Shown piece by piece: positions 29,240-38,323 of a stretch of DNA of 64,000 nucleotides. The DNA is taken from positions 5,696,001 to 5,760,000 of the forward strand of contig CBDCJO010000002.1 in assembly GCA_965217865.1 (NCBI GenBank), given 5' to 3'. Every line of letters begins with the position of its first letter. Position 1 is the stretch's first letter. This DNA comes from Candidatus Latescibacterota bacterium. Lineage in GTDB: Bacteria; Latescibacterota; UBA2968; SICM01. The translations under genes and the position numbers were made by a program. Below the pieces are notes generated by a model. That model was not told the origin of the DNA. It saw only the letters and a program-made list of their open reading frames with translations, and searched no databases.

Positions 29240-30040
29240 ATGATCTCAGGTGACTCTTCAGTTAGAGCAACCAAGGCTTTCTGTGTCGGACAGGCGAAGT
29301 CCGGAACAGTATCTCTGTGTGGTCTGCTAGCAACACATCACCGCGCTGCCCACGAACCCGAGCGAGAGCAAACCCTTGATATGATTCTGCGAGAATCGCG
29401 TGGTGAAGTTGACGCGAATGCCTTCCGGGCCTATCTCATAGAACGAGACCAGCGATTAAATCTTGACTATGATATCTCATGGGCTAATCAATTCATCCTC
29501 AGCTATCTGCTGGGGGTCTTTCCTAATGCCAAGTTCATCGTTCTCATTCGAGATGCATACACCTGGGTCCAATCAACCGTCGGGCACATGCTCAGCCGCG
29601 AGATCCCACTCGATGTGCGTTCGTTTCTAGATTGGTGGTTTAAACCCGACCGCTATCCTCACTCGGGCCACGATCGCGTACTAGAAAAGCACAACCTCTA
29701 TTCAACTGCGGCCTTCTTGAACGCTTGGAACCAACATGTGAATGTCTGTACCAAGGTTATCCCTATAGAGAGGCGTCTTATTCTGAGAACCCATGAATTG
29801 AATCGGTCTCATCGGTGCCTCGCCGAATTCCTACAGATTACTATAGATTCTCTTGCTGCTGGTGATGTACACCTTAACCGGAGTACCTGGTCGGGTAAGA
29901 TCGATTCTTTGGTGAAGCGATCCTACTTGAATGAGATGGTTGCAACGATATGTGGTGAGAATATGGCCCGATATTTCCCGGAAGTCACTCAAATGGAACA
30001 GGTCTACACATTGTGGGAGCCTGGCACCCCGAAAGGTTGA
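29240..30040 (+). CDS. Sulfotransferase-family P-loop protein
   Basis: FCVGQAKSGT.SL, AHEP, FPNAKFI..IRD..TWV.S. Confidence 0.78.
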   Translation: MISGDSSVRATKAFCVGQAKSGTVSLCGLLATHHRAAHEPEREQTLDMILRESRGEVDANAFRAYLIERDQRLNLDYDISWANQFILSYLLGVFPNAKFIVLIRDAYTWVQSTVGHMLSREIPLDVRSFLDWWFKPDRYPHSGHDRVLEKHNLYSTAAFLNAWNQHVNVCTKVIPIERRLILRTHELNRSHRCLAEFLQITIDSLAAGDVHLNRSTWSGKIDSLVKRSYLNEMVATICGENMARYFPEVTQMEQVYTLWEPGTPKG

Positions 30041-30162
30041 AAAAACGCCGATCTAACAAGGTCGGCTTGAGTGAGGGATTAAAATAGAAAAATGATTGTC
30101 TATGTCGTGCGCTCTATCTCTGCCCCTTTATAGCTTCACTCTATTTGGGGCGCGCTGCCAGC

Positions 30163-30243
30163 ATTTAACACGAAAGCGGCGCAAGATTACCCAACCACCT
30201 TGCCCCGAAAAGTCGCCCACAAAAACCCCATCACAAGTTAGGC
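30163..30243 (+). repeat. attC-like site
   Basis: ATTTAAC (reverse complement of the upstream boundary GTTAAAT, 29209-29215) ... GTTAGGC; partial copy at ~30865-30922. Confidence 0.6.
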
Positions 30244-30256
30244 GTGAAGGTATTCA

Positions 30257-30640
30257 ATGTCTGGACTATTCCGAAAAATTGATTGTCACAGTTTACCAGT
30301 AGCAAATCTCGATTCTGCTATTGAGTTCTATCAAGAAAAACTCGGACATGAGCTAATCTGGCGCAGTGGAGAAGCAGCCGGACTCCGTTTCCCACAATCG
30401 GACGCGGAGCTTGTTCTTCATACCGATGCTCGACCGATAGAAACAGATCTCTTTGTTGATTCAGTTACCGATGCTATTCAGCAATTCAAGACAGCTGGTG
30501 GGACAGTAGTCTCTGGTCCGTTTGACATTGCTATTGGCAAGTGTGCGGTTCTACGAGATCCGTGGGGAAATGATATCATTATCCTCGATACGTCTAAAGG
30601 ATTACTGCAGGTTGATCCACATAAGAACGTTATCAAATAG
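30257..30640 (+). CDS. VOC/glyoxalase family protein
   Basis: V.NLDSAI.FY..KLG, GG.VV.GPFDI..G.CAV..DPWGN. Confidence 0.88.
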   Translation: MSGLFRKIDCHSLPVANLDSAIEFYQEKLGHELIWRSGEAAGLRFPQSDAELVLHTDARPIETDLFVDSVTDAIQQFKTAGGTVVSGPFDIAIGKCAVLRDPWGNDIIILDTSKGLLQVDPHKNVIK

Positions 30641-30990
30641 TAAATTTTTTAACCTGCTGCTGGTAATGACGGCGGGTTTGAGTTAGTCGGACGATTCTAT
30701 GGTGTGCGCTGTATTTCCGCCCTTTTAAGGCCTCCGCTTGATGGGGCGCGCCGCCATCGGTTAACATGTGGCTCCCGGCTCACTACGTTCGGCCAAAAAG
30801 GCCGTGACTGAATCGTTGACAGATTGTAAAAGCGCAAATCTCTTTCCCTATGCACGGCCCTTTCCACGAAAGCGGAGCAAGAACCCAACCACTCCACACC
30901 GAAAAGTCGCGCACAAAAACCAAAACCGCCTCATCTACGACGGATGGCTGTATATCAAGGTTTAGGGTGCAGCATCAGGTGAAACTTTGC

Positions 30991-31737
30991 ATGAAACCTT
31001 TATTTGCTACTTCGATTGCTGACAGTCAAGGTGATCTGATCAATAAACTGGAAAAGCTACTTCCCCTTGTGTTGGATCGGTTTGAGGGCATCGCGGTCCT
31101 GGCTACAACGAATACCGATGATCGAATTTTGAAAGTCTTGCATGATGCCCAGGCGTTTATAGATCGGGCTGAGTCAGATATTGACTCTATCGGGTTGCAT
31201 CGGCGGCAATCAGTCAAATTGGCCATGGAGAATAGTAGAAATGGTCACATCCTATATGCAGACGCAGATCATATATTGCGTTGGGTAGAACAGGACCCAA
31301 GAGAGCTTGACCTGGTTTTAGCGAGGATAAAAGGTTCCGATTGTACCGTCGTTGGACGAGGTCCCAAATCCTTTGAGGCTCTTCCGAAGAGACTCAAGGA
31401 AACAGAGAAAATTGTAAATCATATTTTTTCTCTGATTACAGGACAAAGGTGGGACCTCATGATGGCTGTTCGCGGCCTTTCAAGAGTTGCAGCAGAATTG
31501 ATAGTAAACGAAAGCGAGGTCAACACAATTGGAAACGACGTTGACTGGCCATTATTATGTAAAAAGAACGGCCTTATTCTTGATTACATAGAAGCTGAAG
31601 GGCTTACGTACAAGACGGAATTTGACTACGCGAATGATCTCGACGACAGTCAAGATCAGATTCCCGAGGCATGGGCTTTGAGAGTGAAGCTTGCTTATCA
31701 GCACGTAGTTGCTATGGGACCATACATAGATAAATGA
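30991..31737 (+). CDS. Hypothetical protein (weak GT-A-like features)
   Basis: Long ORF with ILYADAD and GR...F..LP.....E; start uncertain. Confidence 0.6.
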   Translation: MKPLFATSIADSQGDLINKLEKLLPLVLDRFEGIAVLATTNTDDRILKVLHDAQAFIDRAESDIDSIGLHRRQSVKLAMENSRNGHILYADADHILRWVEQDPRELDLVLARIKGSDCTVVGRGPKSFEALPKRLKETEKIVNHIFSLITGQRWDLMMAVRGLSRVAAELIVNESEVNTIGNDVDWPLLCKKNGLILDYIEAEGLTYKTEFDYANDLDDSQDQIPEAWALRVKLAYQHVVAMGPYIDK

Positions 31738-31809
31738 AGAAACAAACCATTGTGTTGTGCACTTTATGTTGGCCCTGTTGAGGGCCGTGAAGGGGGCCGC
31801 GCCAACTTC

Positions 31810-31892
31810 AGGTAACACAGCACTCCCGAGCTTCTGCCCATACGGGCCTTCGCAGAACCCCAGTGGGGTCGGGAGTGCTGGAAACGTTATCT
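31810..31892 (+). repeat. attC-like site (best preserved)
   Basis: TCAGGTAAC-A-CAGCACTCCCGA ... TCGGGAGTGCTG-GAAAC-GTTATCTGA. Confidence 0.75.
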
Positions 31893-31985
31893 GACATGAG
31901 ATATGATAAACATTCTCGGATGTAGATGTTGCTGATCGCGGCTAATCGAACTTACAGTCCGCTTTCTATCAGAAAAAGTAACCAG

Positions 31986-33074
31986 ATGACAAACCAGTGG
32001 ACACATATTGCAGACCGCATCGTTCAGGGTCTTGCCGTCCAAGCGGGCGAGTTGATCCAAGTGCGAGATGGAGCAGGACGCTATGATGTGCTAAAGGAAA
32101 TATTGCTGGGTATAGAGAGAGCCGGAGCGACTCCCTTAGTTCAGATTATGACAGAAGATTATTTGCATCGACTTTGGAAGGATGCACCGCAGGAGTATCT
32201 ATCAAATTGGGATCAGCATCGACTGTCATGGGCCCAGCAAAGTCAGCGCCGGATTAGATTAGTAGGAGCTGAGGGAGATGGAATTGATACCATTCCTGAT
32301 GCAGCGTTGGCCGCAGGGATGGCGGCCTGGTCTAAAGCGGCACAACGCTTGGCCGGACTTGAAGACGAGCAGATATCTCCGTTCATGCTAATCGCCGTTC
32401 CGACAGAGGAAGGTGCAAAAAAGTTGGGTGTATCATTTGAATCGTTGGAAGATATGGTCTTACCAGCCTTAGGTGCCGATCTGCTTGAAATCAAACAGGC
32501 TCTTGATCCAGTATTGGCGTCCCTGCAAGGGAAACAAAGACTTATAATTCAAAGCGATCATGGGCACAGTCTGAGTCTCCAGCGAGGTGATCGAATGTGG
32601 TTGAGTGATGACAGTTACATTGATGTGGAAGACCTGGATCGTGGCGCCGTTGTATCGAATTTACCCACGGGTGCTGTCTATACAACCGTATTGGAAACCT
32701 ACACTCAGGGTAGTCTATGCCTACCTCGAGCAGGTCCGGCTAGCAATGTTGTATTTCATTTTGACAAAGGTCGTATTGCAGAGATTGAGGCGTCTCGGGG
32801 GGCTGATGTGCTTTGTGCCTGGTTGGATAGTCATTCCGGTGAGCCTCGCCGAGTTGGGCATATTGGTATTGGGCTCAATCCATACTTGCACCAATCAGTA
32901 GGATGGGCGTTGGTCGACCACATTGCTCAGGGTAATCTATGGATTTCGTTGGGTGAGAATCGATATATGGGGGGCCAAAATTCTTCATCACTCAACGTGG
33001 ACTACATAATATCACATGCAACGCTACTCGCGGACGATCAGGTGGTCGTTTCCAAAGGAAAAATTGTCATTTGA
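31986..33074 (+). CDS. Aminopeptidase (M29 thermophilic metalloprotease-like), metal ligands partly degenerate
   Basis: L.VQAGE, NLPTG.VYT, F.KG.I, G.IGIGLNP, H.....LG.N...GG.N.S. Confidence 0.75.
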   Translation: MTNQWTHIADRIVQGLAVQAGELIQVRDGAGRYDVLKEILLGIERAGATPLVQIMTEDYLHRLWKDAPQEYLSNWDQHRLSWAQQSQRRIRLVGAEGDGIDTIPDAALAAGMAAWSKAAQRLAGLEDEQISPFMLIAVPTEEGAKKLGVSFESLEDMVLPALGADLLEIKQALDPVLASLQGKQRLIIQSDHGHSLSLQRGDRMWLSDDSYIDVEDLDRGAVVSNLPTGAVYTTVLETYTQGSLCLPRAGPASNVVFHFDKGRIAEIEASRGADVLCAWLDSHSGEPRRVGHIGIGLNPYLHQSVGWALVDHIAQGNLWISLGENRYMGGQNSSSLNVDYIISHATLLADDQVVVSKGKIVI

Positions 33075-33144
33075 CAATTCGGGTTACACTTTGGCCAATA
33101 TGCTGTCCACTTAAGCGCGTGGACGAAACCCTTGGAGAGAAGTC

Positions 33145-33570
33145 ATGGTTCCGATGGATTTTGGATTTGTCCCTGACTCCGGCGGCGTCAAGATTGCAAC
33201 CCCTGTGAAAGCCGATGTCGAACGTCGCATCCTGAAGGTGGCTCAAAAGCATTTTGAAGGGAAGTATGAACGTCTCGAGATTCGGTTTCGTTCACAGTTC
33301 TGCTACATAGATGTATTCTGTGAACCGAATCTGCCTAAAAATTGGCCACCGAAAAGCTGGAAGGTTAACCGACAAGAATACATCGAAAAGCTTAGGAAGA
33401 CACCTATCCACCTATGCCGCCTCCGTTATTTCGGACAGGACCAGTGGGGTTTCGGATTCTTCAGCTACTCGAATGAAAAGTACCAGCCGTCTGTGTATCC
33501 GGACGGAAACTTCCTCGGGAAACCTGAAGATGCATTTGTGATAGCAGGTGAAGTTCATTTGTTAGGATAG
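33145..33570 (+). CDS. Conserved-looking hypothetical protein
   Basis: Clean ORF: IRFRSQFCYID...HLCRLRYFG..W.F.F.SYS.EKY. Confidence 0.7.
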   Translation: MVPMDFGFVPDSGGVKIATPVKADVERRILKVAQKHFEGKYERLEIRFRSQFCYIDVFCEPNLPKNWPPKSWKVNRQEYIEKLRKTPIHLCRLRYFGQDQWGFGFFSYSNEKYQPSVYPDGNFLGKPEDAFVIAGEVHLLG

Positions 33571-33715
33571 ATCTCCGATACGGGTTCCCCTTTCCGGCGG
33601 AATAGGCCTGCCCTGCAAACGCTCGCTTCGCTCCTTCCTCCTTCGCTCCTTCGGAGCTTCGGAAGGACAGGCCGGAGCTTCGGAGGACAGGTAAGGCTTC
33701 GTTCGCTTTAAAGAG

Positions 33716-33979
33716 GTGGGCAGAGTTGGAAGGCTGGCTTCCAGCACTTGGCATGTAACCACTAATGTGTTACATTCCAAGCGAAGAATAGCCAACCTTG
33801 TTGAAGACCTGCGAGATAGGGGACCGAACAGAGGCGATTGGCCTAACTACAGCAAACTTGGACCAGATCAGTATCATTGTCACCTTTCGCCAGGTTGGGT
33901 AGCCACCTGGTCCTAGAAGAGAGGTTCCAAAACCATCGAGGTGTACTATGCAGGCAGTCGTGAAGACGCCCCGTATTGA
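33716..33979 (+). pseudogene. RelE/HigB-like toxin with an in-frame stop
   Basis: GP....WPNYSKL...YHCHL...WVA.W, TAG at 33914-33916, then KRGSKTIEVYYAGSREDAPY; true start unclear. Confidence 0.7.
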
Positions 33980-34321
33980 GATCAAGATCACTGGAGAGAT
34001 TCCGAAGAAGCTGCTCTCCGTCCTGGAAGAAGAGTATGGCGAGAAAATTCAGCTCTCGGAAGAAGAAGAGACTGACGAAGAGACCGTCAATATATTCGAG
34101 ACCGACTGGTACCAGGAAATCAAATCAAGCACGAAGCCGGGCGAAAACCTCCGGATCTACCGTGAGAACCATGGTTTGACTCAGGCCAAGCTGGAGAGAT
34201 GGTTGGGGGCATTCCTCGTCAACACATATCAAATATGGAGAGAGGAACCAGGGCGATCAGCCTGAAGACTGCTCGGAAGCTTGCGAAGCTATTCAGGATA
34301 TCCGTTGAGAAATTCGTCTGA
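33948..34321 (+). pseudogene. Xre/HigA-like HTH antitoxin, frameshifted near 34193
   Basis: PGENLRIYRE.HGLTQAKL, then shifted frame GEMVGGIPRQHISNMERGTRAISLKTARKLAKLF. Confidence 0.78.
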
Positions 34322-34634
34322 AGACTGGACGTGATAGACAGTTACGACTCTTGATCAAGAGGGACACTTGACGCGTAATCCTGCGCTCCCAATTTCTGCA
34401 AGTTGGGAGCGCGCGTCGTTTGAGTGAATCGTCTCTACGGGTGGATGGTCTGAAACAAACGGCAGCAGCTATGGATACGTCATAATTAATTGCGCATACA
34501 TGAAAGGCCGTCAAACGTGAGACGTGAAACGTGAAAAGCAATAGCAGCAAAAAGCAACAGCATGGTTTAGAGGTCAGGAAGAGTTGAAGCAGGAAAGGCA
34601 AACGTGAAAGGCAGGAGCAAAGGCGGGGACCATG

Positions 34635-34669
34635 GGTCAGAGGTCAGAGGTCAGAGGTCAGAGGTCAGA
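34635..34669 (+). repeat. Tandem heptamer (GGTCAGA)x5
   Basis: Five exact copies. Confidence 0.95.
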
Positions 34670-34710
34670 GGAAAGTCAAAACTGGAAGTCAGGGACAGGG
34701 CAAAGGCAGT

Positions 34711-35093
34711 AGCAGTGGCACCCGTAAAGCGTTGATAAATTCCGAACGTCCATATAAAATACGAATTAATTAACAGGATTACAGTATCTTACGTAAAGAG
34801 ATCGTCCATGCCCTGGCTTCAGAAAAGGAGCAGGTCCGTGAAGCGGAACTATCCGGGATATATGCGCAAACACTTAAGACGTTATGGATAGCAGCCGATT
34901 TACATGGTTAATTCTGCGCGCGCGTGCAGAATTGATAGAGGCAAGGGAAAAGCAGTGGCAGTGTAAGGCGTCGACCAAACCCCGAACACCCCAGAAGATA
35001 ATACGATTTAAATTGTAGAATTACAGTATATTACGCACAGAATTCACCCAGGCCTGACTTCAGGTAAGGAATTGTGAACGCGCGTTCACAATT
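34711..35093. repeat. Two diverged ~120-bp direct repeats, each followed by a 24-bp palindrome
   Basis: Units 34711-34829 and 34951-35070; palindromes 34910-34933 and 35070-35093. Confidence 0.75.
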
Positions 35094-35369
35094 GGGTTGG
35101 AGCCACTACCGGGTGCTGTTGATCGGATCGATGTCTACCCTGGCGGCGTGAGGGAACCCGCAGGAAACATACGGCCAAAACATGGAGTTTATTCTGGATG
35201 AGTGAATTATATGCTATTCTATGGAGTGAGTGTTCAAGGCCAGAGAATCTGTTATAAATATCCTAGCCTTTCCCTTTTTCACTTTTGTCAAGCAACAGGG
35301 GCTCTTAACACACATTTCTGGACTCCGGCCGCGGAGTTTATCCAAAGAGCCTGACGAAGGATTCCCCCT

Positions 35370-35483
35370 TCTAAAAGATAAGTCGGATTCAAGATGCGCA
35401 TCATGAAGATCGACCTCATAGAGGTAGTTTCTACTGAGGTCAGCCCTCCTCTCTTCCTTCTCGCCTGATTCCACCCACCTCAA
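35370..35483 (-). pseudogene. Possible pentapeptide-repeat protein remnant
   Basis: WVESG...RADLSRNYLYEVDLHDAHLE. Confidence 0.35.
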
Positions 35484-35741
35484 GATTCTCCTCCAACTCT
35501 GGAGAAACCTTGAGGACCCGGGTCCCTGAGATATTCATCCATCCCTTACAACATTCCACATTACCGTCTTCATTTGCACGGCACCCTCCAGCTTATCCCC
35601 CCTCTGCTTCACCGAGTAGTCGCCCACAGTCATATCGGACTTTCAGGTCATGAATCCGTCCCAGGTCGCCAAGGATCTGCGTTGTATGTATGGTCCCCCA
35701 CCTTTCATGGAGAGCGGATGAATTTATTTTTTCAAGCCGTT

Positions 35742-35770
35742 TAAACCAATTCTGTCCAACAGGCATCTAA
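35742..35770 (+). promoter_or_regulatory. Possible ECF-sigma promoter for the TonB receptor operon
   Basis: TAAACC-N16-CATCTAA resembles the AAAC / CGTCTAA ECF consensus. Confidence 0.4.
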
Positions 35771-35839
35771 TAATTAAGAGAAAGACGATGATCCTGATCT
35801 TTCGAAAGGCATTTTCAGAGATCCGCAACAGGAGGCTCA

Positions 35840-38314
35840 ATGACGAGCAAGCTACTTTTTTTATTTATGTTATCCATCATCATGTTGCCGTCCAGCCCCC
35901 GGGCAAAAGAGGCCGTGGGTTCAATCAGTGGCTATGTGAAAGACGCCTCAAACGGAGAGACCCTGCCCAATGCAAGCGTAGTAATAGACAGCACAACCAT
36001 GGGGACCACAACCGACAGGGCGGGTTACTTCGTCATCAGCCGGCTCACAACAGGCTCATATTGGATCACGTTCAGTTATATCGGTTACGAAAGCAGGTCG
36101 ATAAAAACAACCGTTCAACCGGGCCAGACCTCAACGTATCTTGTGGAATTGACCCCCATTACCCTCGAGGGCGATGAGATTGAAACCGTTGGCAAGCGCC
36201 TATCCCCTACCGAGATAGCCCCGGTCGGCAGTTTCGGCATCCGGGTCACCGAACTCGCCCGCATCCCCACCGTAGGTCAGCCGGACCTCTTGAGAGGCAT
36301 CCAACTCCTGCCCGGCGTACAGGGGTCCAGCGACAATTCGGCGGGCCTTTTCGTGCGCGGGGGCATACCCGGCCAGAACCTGATCCTCTTAGACGGCGTC
36401 GTCGTTTACAACCCCAGCCACCTGTTCGGCTTCTTCAGCACCTTCAACCCCGACGCGCTCAAGAATGTACTGCTCTTGAAAGGTACGTTCCCTGCCCGGT
36501 ACGGAGACCGCCTCTCCAGCGTCTTGGACATCACCAACCTAGACGGCAACCGGAAATCCGTATCTGCCAGGACCTCTCTCAACTTGATCAGCGCTGGGTT
36601 AACCGCTGAAGGGCCCCTTGGCAACAAAGGGTCATGGATGGTCTCGGGACGGCGCACCTACCAGGAACTGATCAACTCCCCCCTCTTTAGCCACATCGTG
36701 GAGTCTATGTTCAGCACCCGAACAGGCACGCTCGCCTCTGCGGGGCCTGCACCCGGCGATGGATTCGGTCTGGGCGGTGTGGGAGGGGGCGTTGGCGGTG
36801 GGGGAAGGGGCGTTGGCGGTGGGGGAAGGCGTTTTGGCAGGGCAAGGTTCAACTTCGGACCGACAACCAGCGACTTCGACCAGGGCTACAACTTCTACGA
36901 TACCAATTCCAAGATCAACTTAGACCCGTCCCCTTCCAACAAGCTCTCGCTCAGCGGATACCTGGGGCACGACGGGCTTGACCTGACGCTGCCCTCCTTC
37001 AGAACGACCCAACGCCAGCAGCTCTTGGACTGGGGCAACCAGGTCGGCAGCCTCCGCTGGATGCAGATTGTTACCGACAGGTTCTTGAGCAATACACAGT
37101 TTTCAGTCAGCCGGTATGCTTCCAACTTTTCGGTCAACGCCACCGGGGACGATCAGGACGCCCCGGCCACCGGAGGCGGAGGCCTACGCGGCTTCGGCTT
37201 AAACCGAGACAATCGCATCCTGGATCTGACTTTCAAGGCCGACCTGGACTTTTATGCCAGTTCCAACCACACCATCAGGGCCGGCGCACAGGGAACGCGG
37301 TACGACGCGTCCTACAGGCAGGGGTTCAGCGACTCCATCCGTTCGGAAATCAACACCGTATCCCGCTACGAAACCGGTTACCTGGAATACACCCTGCGCA
37401 ACGCGAAGTTCGAGTTCACGCCGGGCGTGCGGCTCAGCCATTTTCAACTCGGGAACTACACGGACGTCTCACCCAGGGTCTCGGCACGCTACAACGTGAA
37501 CGAACGTTTCGCGCTCAAAGGTGGGTGGGGAATCTACCACCAGTACATCAACCTCATCTCGGTCGAGGGGTTCTCCTACACAACCGACATGTGGCTGCCG
37601 GTAGACGAGACGCTCACCCCCGGCCGTGCCGTCCACACGGCTGGCGGCTTCACCTTTAGACCTCTCGAAGGCTGGGAGACGGACATCGAGGTCTACCACA
37701 AGGACCTGTCCAACCTGGTCGAGTTCCAATCGCAGGTTCGCCTGAACCCCGGCGCGTCCCTCTCAGACCTGTTCCTCCAGGGAACGGGCAGGGCTTACGG
37801 AGGCGAACTGCTCCTCAGAAAATCGGCTGGCCGCACGACCGGCTGGGCAGGTTATACCCTGGGTTACACCCGCCAGAAGTTCCCCGAACTGAACAACGGG
37901 AAAGAGTTCCCGCCCAAGTACGACAGGCGGCACGACGTCTCGCTTGTCATGAATCACGATATCGGCCGCGGCTGGAACCTCAACCTCAACTGGGTCTACG
38001 GAACGGGCCAGGCCTATACCATACCCGATTCCCGGTATACGGTAACCCAGCCAAACGGCCAAACGACCTCCTACATCCACACATCCGAAAAAAACGCCTA
38101 CCGGCTGCCCGCATATCACCGCATGGACATGGGGATTACCAAAGATTTTTACCTGGGGGAGGCCAGGGCCCAGCTCGTTCTCAGCGTCTTCAACCTGTAC
38201 AACCGGCGCAACATCTGGTATCGTACGTTCGACGCCACGGAAGAAATCGTAGAGTTCCAGGACGTGCTTCTCCAGCCTATCCTACCAAGCATCGGATTTA
38301 GATTCATCATGTGA
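35840..38314 (+). CDS. TonB-dependent receptor with N-terminal carboxypeptidase-regulatory-like domain
   Basis: Signal peptide; G.V.D..NGETL; QLLPGV; VRGG..QNL..LDG; YNP.HLFGFFS.FN; GRAYG.E; DRRH; RLP.YHR.D; NLYNR.N. Confidence 0.93.
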   Translation: MTSKLLFLFMLSIIMLPSSPRAKEAVGSISGYVKDASNGETLPNASVVIDSTTMGTTTDRAGYFVISRLTTGSYWITFSYIGYESRSIKTTVQPGQTSTYLVELTPITLEGDEIETVGKRLSPTEIAPVGSFGIRVTELARIPTVGQPDLLRGIQLLPGVQGSSDNSAGLFVRGGIPGQNLILLDGVVVYNPSHLFGFFSTFNPDALKNVLLLKGTFPARYGDRLSSVLDITNLDGNRKSVSARTSLNLISAGLTAEGPLGNKGSWMVSGRRTYQELINSPLFSHIVESMFSTRTGTLASAGPAPGDGFGLGGVGGGVGGGGRGVGGGGRRFGRARFNFGPTTSDFDQGYNFYDTNSKINLDPSPSNKLSLSGYLGHDGLDLTLPSFRTTQRQQLLDWGNQVGSLRWMQIVTDRFLSNTQFSVSRYASNFSVNATGDDQDAPATGGGGLRGFGLNRDNRILDLTFKADLDFYASSNHTIRAGAQGTRYDASYRQGFSDSIRSEINTVSRYETGYLEYTLRNAKFEFTPGVRLSHFQLGNYTDVSPRVSARYNVNERFALKGGWGIYHQYINLISVEGFSYTTDMWLPVDETLTPGRAVHTAGGFTFRPLEGWETDIEVYHKDLSNLVEFQSQVRLNPGASLSDLFLQGTGRAYGGELLLRKSAGRTTGWAGYTLGYTRQKFPELNNGKEFPPKYDRRHDVSLVMNHDIGRGWNLNLNWVYGTGQAYTIPDSRYTVTQPNGQTTSYIHTSEKNAYRLPAYHRMDMGITKDFYLGEARAQLVLSVFNLYNRRNIWYRTFDATEEIVEFQDVLLQPILPSIGFRFIM

Positions 38315-38323
38315 GGAAAAACC

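Noticed and set aside
33914-33916. In-frame TAG in the toxin as possible pyrrolysine, given the methylamine genes
   Set aside because: No pyl genes in the window, and the partner antitoxin is also broken; simple decay is more parsimonious.
35070-35093. lac operator / vector contamination
   Set aside because: Shares AATTGTGA ends with symmetric lacO, but the centre and length differ, a natural variant lies at 34910, and there is no other vector sequence.
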